Assembly: GCA_963662465.1 (NCBI GenBank)
Contig: OY759599.1
Coordinates: forward strand, 928,001 to 992,000
Length of the DNA: 64,000 bases
Direction of reading: 5' to 3'
Source of the DNA: Desulfatiglandales bacterium
GTDB taxonomy: Bacteria; Desulfobacterota; DSM-4660; Desulfatiglandales; Desulfatiglandaceae
Shown here: piece after piece, positions 18,008-27,193 of the stretch
How the letters are laid out: each line of letters opens with the position of its first letter
Numbering within the stretch: position 1 is the first letter of the stretch
Notes under the pieces: generated by a model
Seen by the model: only the letters and a program-made list of their open reading frames with translations
Database searches by the model: none
What the model was told of the DNA's origin: nothing
Made by a program: the position numbers and the translations under genes

Positions 18008-18964
18008 ATGCGGAATATTTCCAGACGAAAACCTAACAAGTATCAGATGATGGTTTCAATGATGGCACTCCTTTTCACATTTCTTTTTGTATCGGCTGTC
18101 TGGGTGGAGTATTCGGAGGCCAGGTCAAGGGGCGGCGGGCGGTCTTTCAGCCGCAGCAGCCCTTCCAGAACGCCCAGCCGGACGGCGCCCAGCTCCGGCA
18201 TGAATACGCCTCGAAGAAGCTCAAGTTTCATGAGCGGTTTGGGCGGTGGGCTTCTCGGGGGCGCCATTGGGAGCATGCTGTTCGGCGGCGTGGGTCATGG
18301 CATGGGGATGGGCGGCGGTGTCGGCGGCAGCGGCCTTGGTTTGTTTGAGATTCTCATTATTGGAGGCTTGATTTACTTCCTTTATAGAAAATTTAAAAAG
18401 AAGTCATCGCAAAATTCCAACAGATCTTCATTTTCGTCGCCCGATGCGGGATATTCTGCCGGAGGGGGATATGCGGATGATTTCTCCTCCCCATCTCCCC
18501 CTCCGGATATGGCTTCGGGGGATGCCGTCATGGATGAGCTGGATACGATTCGAAGATACGATCCGGGATTCGATCCCGAGAGATTCAAGGAGTTTGCCCA
18601 GGATGTGTTTTTTAAAGTCCAGGCGGCCTGGACCCGAAGGGATATCTCCGTGATGAAACAGCACCTGGGCACTCAACTTCTCGGAGAATACGAACAGCAT
18701 TTTGCCGATTTGAAGGCCAAAGGGCAGGAGAACCGCCTTGAAAACATCGCAGTCCGCAAAGTGGACATCGTAGACATGGGGGAGATGGGCGGAGAACCCT
18801 TCGTTATTGTCCAGTTTACGGCAAACCTGCTCGATTATACAGTGGATGAGGCCTCTGGAAAGGTTATCGAAGGAAGTCCCTCGGAGCCTGTGAAGTTTTT
18901 GGAACGGTGGGCCTTTTCCAAAGTCGGTTCCGCCAACTGGAAACTGGAAGGCATTCAGGAATGA
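18008..18964 (+). CDS. Tim44-like domain membrane protein
   Basis: Signal/TM segment, Gly/Ser-rich linker, GGLLGGAIGSMLFGG and DPGFDPERF..FFKVQAAW..ERWAF; AAGGAG RBS. Confidence 0.85.
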   Translation: MRNISRRKPNKYQMMVSMMALLFTFLFVSAVWVEYSEARSRGGGRSFSRSSPSRTPSRTAPSSGMNTPRRSSSFMSGLGGGLLGGAIGSMLFGGVGHGMGMGGGVGGSGLGLFEILIIGGLIYFLYRKFKKKSSQNSNRSSFSSPDAGYSAGGGYADDFSSPSPPPDMASGDAVMDELDTIRRYDPGFDPERFKEFAQDVFFKVQAAWTRRDISVMKQHLGTQLLGEYEQHFADLKAKGQENRLENIAVRKVDIVDMGEMGGEPFVIVQFTANLLDYTVDEASGKVIEGSPSEPVKFLERWAFSKVGSANWKLEGIQE

Positions 18965-18970
18965 AATTGC

Positions 18971-19002
18971 ATGGCACGTCGTCCTGAAGGGCGGCGTGCC
19001 GT
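18971..19002 (+). terminator. GC-rich hairpin between convergent genes
   Basis: ggcacgtcgtcc-tgaa-gggcggcgtgcc with G-U pairs on the + strand; no clear U-tract. Confidence 0.45.
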
Positions 19003-19035
19003 CTGGAATCCTGGCGGTTTTCTCTTAAATCAGGC

Positions 19036-22000
19036 TTATTCCTCTCCATTTAGACCCTCAAGCCAGACCTTTGCCTCATTTTCAATTTCCTTCAATCGTG
19101 CATCCGACCACGTTTCGATATAGTAGGGCAGGGCTTGGTTTTTAACAAAGAACTCTTCTTCGTATTTTTCACAGTAATCGGCCAGCACAAGGATTTTGCA
19201 GATGAACCAACTGTCCTTCGGATTCAGATCCTGGTTCAGATAAGCCCGCGTGAGCCTGGCCTGCAGTTGTAAATTATTGATTTCCAAAGCGTTCGCCGAT
19301 TCCATGGCCAGAACAACCCCTTGCCAGTCTCCGTTATTCATATATTGATCAACGGTTTCATAAAGTTCCAGACCTCGTTTCATGTCATCTCTGATCCTGC
19401 TTCGTTTCCGTTGCTTTTCATTTTTGAGTGAAAGTTTGGCATAAGTGATGTAGGGATCCAGCTCGCAACGCCCGTCTTTATAACGCTTTCCCTGTTTCCA
19501 GATGCGTAAGGCTTTTTCGGCATCCCCCACGATGAAATAGGCCATTCCCAGAAGATGACATCTGTGGCAGGCGGCGCCGCCATCAAGATCCCGCGGCGCA
19601 ACCCTTTCAAGAAGCGAGATCACCCGCGGCCAGTCTTGCTTTCCGGCAGCGTTTTTTGCCGATTCCATGAGGACCCTGCAATGATCCGGATGGTGTTTTT
19701 TCAGCCAGTCTCTCAAAGACTTCGCTTCATCCATCAGGGAACAATACTCCAGGGCTCGAATTTGAATTGCGGCCTGTTCCGGATCATTTTTCAACTTTAT
19801 GTTTCTTGATTGCTCAAAACGGAGAAAATGCCGATTTTCTTCCAATTGAACGACACGGGCCAGCATCTCCGCTTTAAAAGCGCCGGTTTCCACATCGCAG
19901 AACCAAATGGCATCAAATGAGGGGAAAAAATATTTCTTTTCCGCCAAATCATCCTGACCTTCAAAACGCGGCGGGCGGTGATCAAGGCGTACGGCCTTCA
20001 GCCCCGTGGATGATGGACTCATTGCCACGAGGCCGTCCGAATGTTCATTTGAAAAAATAATGAGCTTCCTCGGCGCGGAGACACGGTAGAGTGCTTCAAA
20101 ACCCTTTTTTGACGGTTTTAAGGCCAAAAGGCCGGCCCCAGTTTCATCGTCGCTCATGAAATACACGAAAATAATGCCGGCATTATGCAATATGGCCATC
20201 GTGTTTTGGAGCTCTACATGGGAACCTTCGATAATAAAGGGGGCAATTTTTTTGTCCAAATCCGGCTTTGCCTGAACGGTAAAAGCGGCATCACCCGGTT
20301 CGTCGCCGTCCTTCGACATGTCCGTAATCGAATCGTGAAAATCCGGATCCTGGTAGGTTAGAAGCACATAGTCCACCCCGTTTGGGTGGGGGACAACCCC
20401 ATCCATAATGCAAGGTTCATCAAACGTAATGGTTTTGACCGTTCGTCCGTTTTCCGAACAGATCCGAACGGTCCGCTGATGGGAATCCGCCATGGCGATT
20501 TCAAAGCGTCCGCCATGATTGACTGGAACAAGCAGGGTACTCCAGTTGATCCTGCGAATGGTTTGTATCCGGTCCAACCGGATGATTTCGATAATTTCAT
20601 CGGGTTCTCGCGTATTTCGTTTCTGCAGCCAGAGCATTTGTTCATCCGGAAAAATGAGGGTGTCCTCAATCAGTTCATCTTCCTTGGCAAAGGTGGAAAA
20701 ATCATACCAGTATCGAATCGTCAGGGGCGCCAGGCAAAGCGCCATCACACGGCCCTCTTCACCGACGATCCAGAGCATTTTTCCGGAGGATGACAGCCTT
20801 GGCAGAGACAGTTTTTCCGGTGTGCGAAAAACAATGCCGTTTTTGAAGGTCTGGTCATCCAGACAGAAGGTCCGGATAAAGATCCACTGGCCATGGGAGG
20901 TTGTCAGAAGCGCATTGCGGCCGTCCGGCAACAGCAGGTGGCTGTTTAACTCGGATGTCCCGGTGATGCCCCTGCGACCATAGATCTTCGGGGTATCCCT
21001 CATATGAAAAGATAGCAGCGACCATTCCCGTTTCACGGCTTTCACATGATTTCCGATTTTCCCGTTCCAATCACCTGAAACCGCATCGCCGTCCAGCTCG
21101 GCAAGCTTTTCCGCCACATCCATGCAGATAAAATGTTCACCTCTCGCGGCGGCGGATTCGTACTGTTGCGCAAGCATCTGAAGGGATTCCAGGTGCTTGT
21201 ATTTTGATGTCAATGCCTCCAGATCTTGTCTTTGCGCCTCATCAAGATGCCCGATCTTGACAGCTGAAAGCGCCTGTTCCGCTTTCTCAAGATTTCGATG
21301 GGGTTTGCCGAGAAATTGGGCGGCTTGCGCCAGGCAGTTCCTGTTTTCGGCGGCGGCAATGGCTTGCGCGTTGGATTCGGCCTGATTCATAAGGGTCCGG
21401 GCATCGGATACGGATTGAAGCATTCCAGCATGAAGCGCCAACGCCTCAAGGATTGTTTCCGGATCCTCTTCCGCTTCCAGCCCTTTTTTTGCCCGGCCGA
21501 GGGCCAAAACCGCGTCCACCGCTTTCTTTCGGCCCGAGGCCCTGTCAGTGGACGACATCTCTTCCAGCCAGCGAAAGTGAGGGTCCTGAATAAGTGCTGC
21601 AAAACGTTCCCGTTTTTTTTCGTTGAAATTTAAAAATTCGGTAAGGGATGCTTCAATCCTCCCATCTTCCCAAAGATTTCGCAGGTTAGCGATTTCTATT
21701 TCTTCCCGTTGTTTTTCCGCCAGGTTTCTTGCGGTTTCAAGTCGTTCGGACAATTCATGCCTGTCGGCGCCCAGAGAAACGGCTTTTGCCAGCAGTTCCG
21801 CCTCCCGAGCATAATCTTGTCTCTTTCCAGCATCATCCGTCTCCCGCAGGAGCTGGGAGATTTTGTCCCGGCGCCGGCGCTTCAAAACTTTATGGCGAAC
21901 CTGCTGCGCCTCCCTGTTTTCGGGCAAAATCGACATGATCCGATCCGCCAGGTTCAGTGCGGCATCAAGACGGCCTTCCTTCCAGGCTTGCACCATCTCC

Positions 22001-22980
22001 TTTTCCAAAGGCGTCACGTGTTCGGCCTTCTTTAACCGGAACTTTTGCTCGAGATCTTCAATATCCAGCTGTTGCGACGCATTTGCGTAGGATTTCAGTT
22101 TGGAAAGGGCTTTAGCCGCAAGGGTTTCAATGCCCTCTTCTATGAAATGCTGAGCTGCGGGCAGATATATTTCCGTAACGCGAGCATCCGATATCCGGTC
22201 AACGTAATCCATGGCACGCTTAAAATCCCCGCAATGGACCGAGGCTAAGCCCAACAGCAGTCTCACCGTTTCATCTTTGAGAGTCCCGGATGAAAAATCG
22301 GCGCTGACTGCAAGCGCCTTTTCATAGGTCCCCAGATGGTCAACGTACAATTCAAGCACCAAAACGGCAGCCTCGATCCCGCCGCCGGATGTTTTGAGTG
22401 CGGACTTGAAATATCCTTCACATGCGTCATAATCATAGATGTCAAGTGCTTTTTTCCCCAGGCGGATACACTCATCAGCGCTCAGGTTTTCATTCGTCGG
22501 CGCCGGCGCTGTTTCTTCGGGTAAATCATTACGACTTGGTGGACCGCCGGTTTCGGGAACCTCCGTCGGATTTTCCGGATTTGAGGCTGTTTCGCTCGTG
22601 GCTTCATCAATCCGTCTTCTGACCCATGAGGCGGCATCCTCGTCCAATTCCTGGATCAGCGCATGACAGGCGTCCTCGTTAAATCGCGGAAGCCGCAAGC
22701 CTACCAGGTCAGGGTTTTCCGGTGTCGGAACCTCCACCCTCAACCCTTCAGCAAATCGTCTGATGAGAAGGCTCTGGAGTTGCGCTTTGAGACGATAGCG
22801 CTCGGAAGCCTTATGAGCACTTATTTCCCGGCTGGTGGGATTGACGCTGTGAATCAGCCGGATCAGTTCAAGTGCCGAAACCTGCCTGCTGCCATCAAGG
22901 ACCATATGGGGGTCAAGTGGGCCTTGCTTTTTTTTCTTCTTTTTTCTCTTTTTGGGAGCCATTTTTTTATTCAGAATCAT
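19036..22980 (-). CDS. Large hypothetical protein (1314 aa) with TPR-like helical regions and a beta-rich central region
   Basis: Long uninterrupted ORF; TPR-like segments such as CHLLGMAYFIVGDAEKALRIWKQG; Lys-rich N-terminus. Confidence 0.7.
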   Translation of the reverse strand: MILNKKMAPKKRKKKKKKQGPLDPHMVLDGSRQVSALELIRLIHSVNPTSREISAHKASERYRLKAQLQSLLIRRFAEGLRVEVPTPENPDLVGLRLPRFNEDACHALIQELDEDAASWVRRRIDEATSETASNPENPTEVPETGGPPSRNDLPEETAPAPTNENLSADECIRLGKKALDIYDYDACEGYFKSALKTSGGGIEAAVLVLELYVDHLGTYEKALAVSADFSSGTLKDETVRLLLGLASVHCGDFKRAMDYVDRISDARVTEIYLPAAQHFIEEGIETLAAKALSKLKSYANASQQLDIEDLEQKFRLKKAEHVTPLEKEMVQAWKEGRLDAALNLADRIMSILPENREAQQVRHKVLKRRRRDKISQLLRETDDAGKRQDYAREAELLAKAVSLGADRHELSERLETARNLAEKQREEIEIANLRNLWEDGRIEASLTEFLNFNEKKRERFAALIQDPHFRWLEEMSSTDRASGRKKAVDAVLALGRAKKGLEAEEDPETILEALALHAGMLQSVSDARTLMNQAESNAQAIAAAENRNCLAQAAQFLGKPHRNLEKAEQALSAVKIGHLDEAQRQDLEALTSKYKHLESLQMLAQQYESAAARGEHFICMDVAEKLAELDGDAVSGDWNGKIGNHVKAVKREWSLLSFHMRDTPKIYGRRGITGTSELNSHLLLPDGRNALLTTSHGQWIFIRTFCLDDQTFKNGIVFRTPEKLSLPRLSSSGKMLWIVGEEGRVMALCLAPLTIRYWYDFSTFAKEDELIEDTLIFPDEQMLWLQKRNTREPDEIIEIIRLDRIQTIRRINWSTLLVPVNHGGRFEIAMADSHQRTVRICSENGRTVKTITFDEPCIMDGVVPHPNGVDYVLLTYQDPDFHDSITDMSKDGDEPGDAAFTVQAKPDLDKKIAPFIIEGSHVELQNTMAILHNAGIIFVYFMSDDETGAGLLALKPSKKGFEALYRVSAPRKLIIFSNEHSDGLVAMSPSSTGLKAVRLDHRPPRFEGQDDLAEKKYFFPSFDAIWFCDVETGAFKAEMLARVVQLEENRHFLRFEQSRNIKLKNDPEQAAIQIRALEYCSLMDEAKSLRDWLKKHHPDHCRVLMESAKNAAGKQDWPRVISLLERVAPRDLDGGAACHRCHLLGMAYFIVGDAEKALRIWKQGKRYKDGRCELDPYITYAKLSLKNEKQRKRSRIRDDMKRGLELYETVDQYMNNGDWQGVVLAMESANALEINNLQLQARLTRAYLNQDLNPKDSWFICKILVLADYCEKYEEEFFVKNQALPYYIETWSDARLKEIENEAKVWLEGLNGEE

Positions 22981-23062
22981 CCAATGTTTCTTAAATTTAA
23001 ATCTTCGTTAATCCTATCATAAAGAAACTTATAGTGGACAGAAAGATTTTTTAATTTTTTTC

Positions 23063-23113
23063 TTGACACTAGATCGATCGTTCGATATTACTGATATCGA
23101 ACGATCGATCTAG
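23063..23113 (+). promoter_or_regulatory. TTGACA followed directly by a perfect 20-bp inverted repeat (probable TetR operator pair)
   Basis: ctagatcgatcgttcgatat-tactg-atatcgaacgatcgatctag at 23069-23113. Confidence 0.8.
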
Positions 23114-23160
23114 GCTGTTTTCGAAATATTTCGTTCTCCAGCCCGTCCATCTCATTTATT

Positions 23161-23772
23161 TTGGAAAGGGGACGCATTTTGGGAAATATCAACACCAACA
23201 AGGACAAAATTTTTCAAACGGCCATTTCCCTTTTTGCCGCCAAGGGATTCCGCGGCACCTCCATTCGCGATATCGCCAACGAGATGCATATCAGCATCTC
23301 GAATATCTACCATCACTTCGGCAATAAAGAAGGTCTTCTGGTTGCCATCCTGGCCCATTCATCCGAGCGTCTGATCAAAGCGCTGAATGAGGTTTCGCTT
23401 CTGGATATTCCGCCGAAAGAAAAGCTCAAAAGTCTGCTTGAAACCCATATCCGGCTTGCGGGAGCCTACAGTGAGGAAACCAGGATCTTCTTTCTGGATG
23501 AGGAGCATCTTTCAGAAGAAGGGGACAAAATCAACCGCAATATTCAGCGTCAAATCTATGGATTTTATCAAAAGGTATTACATGAACTGGATGAAACGGG
23601 ATTCATCCAATGCCGGAGCATCAAGGTTCTGGCATTCAATATTTTCGGGGTCATCAACTGGCAGCTTCGCTGGTATCGAGCCGATGGCCCCCTTTCCTTT
23701 GAAGAAGTCAAAGAAGAGGTGATGTGTTTTATCATGAAAGGGGTTTTTGGGACCATTGAGCAGACTGAATAG
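23161..23772 (+). CDS. TetR-family regulator (KstR2/PaaR-like C-terminus)
   Basis: LFAAKGFRGTSIRDIANEMHISISNIYHHFGNKE helix-turn-helix; NWQLRWYRADGPLS tail. Start codon uncertain. Confidence 0.92.
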   Translation: MERGRILGNINTNKDKIFQTAISLFAAKGFRGTSIRDIANEMHISISNIYHHFGNKEGLLVAILAHSSERLIKALNEVSLLDIPPKEKLKSLLETHIRLAGAYSEETRIFFLDEEHLSEEGDKINRNIQRQIYGFYQKVLHELDETGFIQCRSIKVLAFNIFGVINWQLRWYRADGPLSFEEVKEEVMCFIMKGVFGTIEQTE

Positions 23773-23830
23773 GGGACGTTTCATGGGCCGTTTATTTTTC
23801 CATGCATAAAATTTAAGGAGGGGAAAGGTC

Positions 23831-25864
23831 ATGGGGTATACGATTGACATTGACACCGGGGGGACTTTCACCGACGGGTTTTTCGTTTCAGGGGACCGGG
23901 TTGAGCCTGTAAAAGTGCCTACTTCGCCGCACGATTTGACGATTTGTTTTCTGGAATGTATTCGAGCCGGCGCAAAACGCTTCGGTGTGGCGGTGGAGGA
24001 TTTGTTGTATGACACGGACATCATCCGGTTTTCAAACACCATCGGCACCAATACTATCATACAACGTGACGGGAGCCGGTTGGGGCTGCTGGTGACGGGG
24101 GGGCATGAAAACCTGTCGCCCACCCGCATGGAGGATGGAAAACCGCCCCTGGTGTATCCCGAAATGCTGGTGGGGATTGAAGAAGAGACGTCCCCCTCGG
24201 GGGAAGTCCTGAAGGCCCCCAATGAAAAGGCCGTCATGGCGGCGGCTCAGAAACTCATTGACATGGGGGCGCGATGCCTGGTGGTGGCACTGGGGAATTC
24301 CGACGCCAATCCGCAAAATGAACGTGCGATTCGCGGGATCATCAAGAATGAATATCCCCGTGATTTTCTGGGGTCAGTGCCGGTGTTTCTCTCTTCGGAT
24401 ATCTCCAGCCGGGCCGGAGAAGAAGAACGGATCAATGCCGCCGTGTTGAACGCCTATATCCATGGCAAGCTGGTGAGTATGCTTTACAAGGCGGGAGAAA
24501 ACCTTCGCCAACGAATGTACGGGAAAAATCTCTTTATTGTTCACAACAACCATGCGGTGGCCCGGGTGGCCAAAACGCGCGCCATCAATACCTACAATTC
24601 CGGCCCGGCGGCAGGCCTTATGGGGGCGCGGTTGACCGGGCTCGCCTACGGGGCGGACCCTATTATTTCCGCGGACATGGGCGGTACCTCATTCGACCTG
24701 GGTTATGTTCAACAGGGTCAGGTCAGCTATACCCTAAAGCCGGATGTGGAGGGCTTTCGGGTCAATGTCCCCATGGTGGAGATCAAGGCTGTGGGAGCGG
24801 GGGGCGGGTCCATTGCCGCTGTTTCAGAGGGGGTTCTGCGGGTGGGTCCCCAATCGGCGGGCGCGCTTCCGGGACCGGTGTGCTTTGATCTGGGCGGCAC
24901 GGAACCCACCGTGACGGACGCGGACCTTTTGCTGGGCATCTTTGATCCCGACTATTTCCTGGGGGGCGCCATGAAGCTCAACATGGAAAAGGCCCGTGCC
25001 GTTATGGTGGATAAGATTGGTGAACCGTTGGGTCTCTCGGTGGAAGAGGCGGCATTTTCGGTGAAGGAGACCATTGATGATGCCATGGGACGGGAACTGG
25101 GCATAATCCGGAAGAAGTTGGGACAACGTGACCCGTTGCTGGTGGTGTACGGGGGAGCGGGGCCGGCCCATTGCTGTCGGACGGCAAAGGTCGCGGGCAT
25201 CAAAAAAATCGTTATCACCCCTTTTTCCGCCGTTTTTTCCGCCTATTCGTCCTCCGGCATGGATGTGGGACACATTTATTATGCCCGCATTGACATCCCT
25301 TTCAGTGAAAAGGCGGATTTTTCGGGTTTGCCCGCTGTCCTGGAATCTTTAACGCAAGAGGCCGAACGGGATATCCGTGGTGAAGGGTTTGCCATGGAAG
25401 AGATGACGCTGAGCCTCGAACTTCTGGTGCGAGGAGATGGGACGGAAATCAAGTTTGACGCGCCCCTCGATTTTTTTAAGTCGCCGGAGGGGATTGCGCA
25501 GGTTGTTTCCCGGGCTAAAAAGCTGATGGGACCCAATGGCAAAGGCTTTGAAGGAGATCCGGTCTTAAATATGGTGAGCCTGAGGGCTCAAGCGGCGGTT
25601 CCCCATTTTGACGTTAAAGAAGTGCCTCGATCCGCCACGGATGTCGCGACAGCGCGTAAGGGCGTCAGAGACGCGTTTCTTGACCGGAAAACGGGACTGC
25701 GGGAGATCCCCGTGTATGACCGTGCCCTGCTCACCCATGGTCATCGGTTGACGGGGCCTGCCCTGGTGGAATCGGAACAGACCACAATTCTGGTCGCCGC
25801 AGGATGGACCATGACCGTGGACAAGTTTAACAATGCCGTTCTGGAGGAGGGTATCGAGCTATGA
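23831..25864 (+). CDS. Hydantoinase A/oxoprolinase-family ATP-binding subunit (acetophenone carboxylase Apc1-like)
   Basis: DIDTGGTFTD, SGPAAG, DMGGTSFD, GAGGGSIA and PTVTDADL. Confidence 0.88.
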   Translation: MGYTIDIDTGGTFTDGFFVSGDRVEPVKVPTSPHDLTICFLECIRAGAKRFGVAVEDLLYDTDIIRFSNTIGTNTIIQRDGSRLGLLVTGGHENLSPTRMEDGKPPLVYPEMLVGIEEETSPSGEVLKAPNEKAVMAAAQKLIDMGARCLVVALGNSDANPQNERAIRGIIKNEYPRDFLGSVPVFLSSDISSRAGEEERINAAVLNAYIHGKLVSMLYKAGENLRQRMYGKNLFIVHNNHAVARVAKTRAINTYNSGPAAGLMGARLTGLAYGADPIISADMGGTSFDLGYVQQGQVSYTLKPDVEGFRVNVPMVEIKAVGAGGGSIAAVSEGVLRVGPQSAGALPGPVCFDLGGTEPTVTDADLLLGIFDPDYFLGGAMKLNMEKARAVMVDKIGEPLGLSVEEAAFSVKETIDDAMGRELGIIRKKLGQRDPLLVVYGGAGPAHCCRTAKVAGIKKIVITPFSAVFSAYSSSGMDVGHIYYARIDIPFSEKADFSGLPAVLESLTQEAERDIRGEGFAMEEMTLSLELLVRGDGTEIKFDAPLDFFKSPEGIAQVVSRAKKLMGPNGKGFEGDPVLNMVSLRAQAAVPHFDVKEVPRSATDVATARKGVRDAFLDRKTGLREIPVYDRALLTHGHRLTGPALVESEQTTILVAAGWTMTVDKFNNAVLEEGIEL

Positions 25865-26190
25865 AAGTGAGAATCACCGAGTATCTGGAGATTGATCTGG
25901 AGCAGGAATCATGGTGTTGCAATCGTTGCGGGCAAGTGCTCATCGGGGCTCGCGAGAACTATAAAAGGGGGTGCTTGGTGGCTGAAAAGCCCCTTGGTGA
26001 AGTGCATCCACCTCTGGTGGAAGGAAAAGAATTCAGTTTTTCGCCGGATCCCGACTATTGCCGGCTGTTGGAATTTTATTGTCCCGCCTGCGGGGTGATT
26101 ATTGAAAATGAGTATCTTCCGCCCGGGCATCCTATTACCCATGACATTGAGCTGGATGTGGATGCGCTCAAAAAAAGACACGGGGTATGA
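25861..26190 (+). CDS. Acetone carboxylase gamma / Apc2-like small Zn-binding subunit
   Basis: 109 aa with WCCNRCG, EFYCPACG and EYLPPGHPITHDIELD. Confidence 0.85.
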   Translation: MKVRITEYLEIDLEQESWCCNRCGQVLIGARENYKRGCLVAEKPLGEVHPPLVEGKEFSFSPDPDYCRLLEFYCPACGVIIENEYLPPGHPITHDIELDVDALKKRHGV

Positions 26191-26193
26191 GCA

Positions 26194-27138
26194 ATGGCAA
26201 CGGGAAGGGAGCTCTTCAACCACTTTTTGAATGACGAACCCCTGGAAAGACCGGTGTTTGTGCCCATGATCAGGGGTATGCTGTCCCGCGTCGAGGGCCT
26301 GCCCATGGAGCGGCTGATGAATGATCCCACCCTGTGGGCCAACAGCATGGTAAAAACCCACAAACTATTTCGTTTTGACGGGGTGGTGGCGGGGTTGGAT
26401 TTCACCTTGATGGCCGAGGCCTGCGGTTGTGAAATTTTATGGGAGAATGATCGCCCCATCGCTTCTCTTCCGCAAAAAGGCCTTTATGAAAAACCGGAAG
26501 AAACCGGCCGGATGAAGCATGCGCTGGAGGCGGCGGCCCGGGTTTTCGAGGTGAGCCGGAAGGATCAGGCCTGCATTGCCGCCGTCACCGGCCCCGTGAC
26601 GCTTGCCGACATGTTGTTCGGTCGCGGAAAAGGGGTTGAACACCTGGGGGAAATTAAACAGTTGATGGTTCAGGTGGCGGAAGCCTTCTGCAAAACAGGG
26701 CCTGATGTCCTGATTTTCATGGAGGGAAGGCCTCTGGGTTCCACGGAAATCACTTTTTCCCACAAAAAGATCTACAACACCCTTAAAAATATCACCGGGT
26801 ATTATGATGTGAAGTCGGGGCTTTATGTGCAGCGATATGATCCTTCCCGGGTTGACCGGTTTAACGCGCTTAAAATGGACCTGTACGTGCTGGGTCCTTC
26901 GGCGGATGGAACCTTGCCGGAGGTTTCGCGAGTGTGGGATCTTGGGGTGGGCGCCCTTGGGGTGGGTCTCGGTCTGCCGCTGAACGATCTGACCACGGCT
27001 CGCAGGCTCATCCGGGAAGGCCGGGAACTGTATGAATCCAGCGGCGGCCGGGGCATCTTTTTTACCAGTCTGGGACCGGCCACCCGGGATGTAGATCTTG
27101 AAACGCTTCACCAACTGGTTCAGGAATTCTTTCATTGA
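26194..27138 (+). CDS. URO-D / MtaA-CmuA-fold protein, apparently lacking Zn ligands
   Basis: FDGV..DFTLMAEACGCEILW and AVTGPVTLA resemble the family; GLYVQ appears to sit where LHIC is expected. Confidence 0.6.
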   Translation: MATGRELFNHFLNDEPLERPVFVPMIRGMLSRVEGLPMERLMNDPTLWANSMVKTHKLFRFDGVVAGLDFTLMAEACGCEILWENDRPIASLPQKGLYEKPEETGRMKHALEAAARVFEVSRKDQACIAAVTGPVTLADMLFGRGKGVEHLGEIKQLMVQVAEAFCKTGPDVLIFMEGRPLGSTEITFSHKKIYNTLKNITGYYDVKSGLYVQRYDPSRVDRFNALKMDLYVLGPSADGTLPEVSRVWDLGVGALGVGLGLPLNDLTTARRLIREGRELYESSGGRGIFFTSLGPATRDVDLETLHQLVQEFFH

Positions 27139-27193
27139 TAACGCACCAAAACAATTGCATCGAGACAATCGTATCAAGATAAGGAGACGTGTC

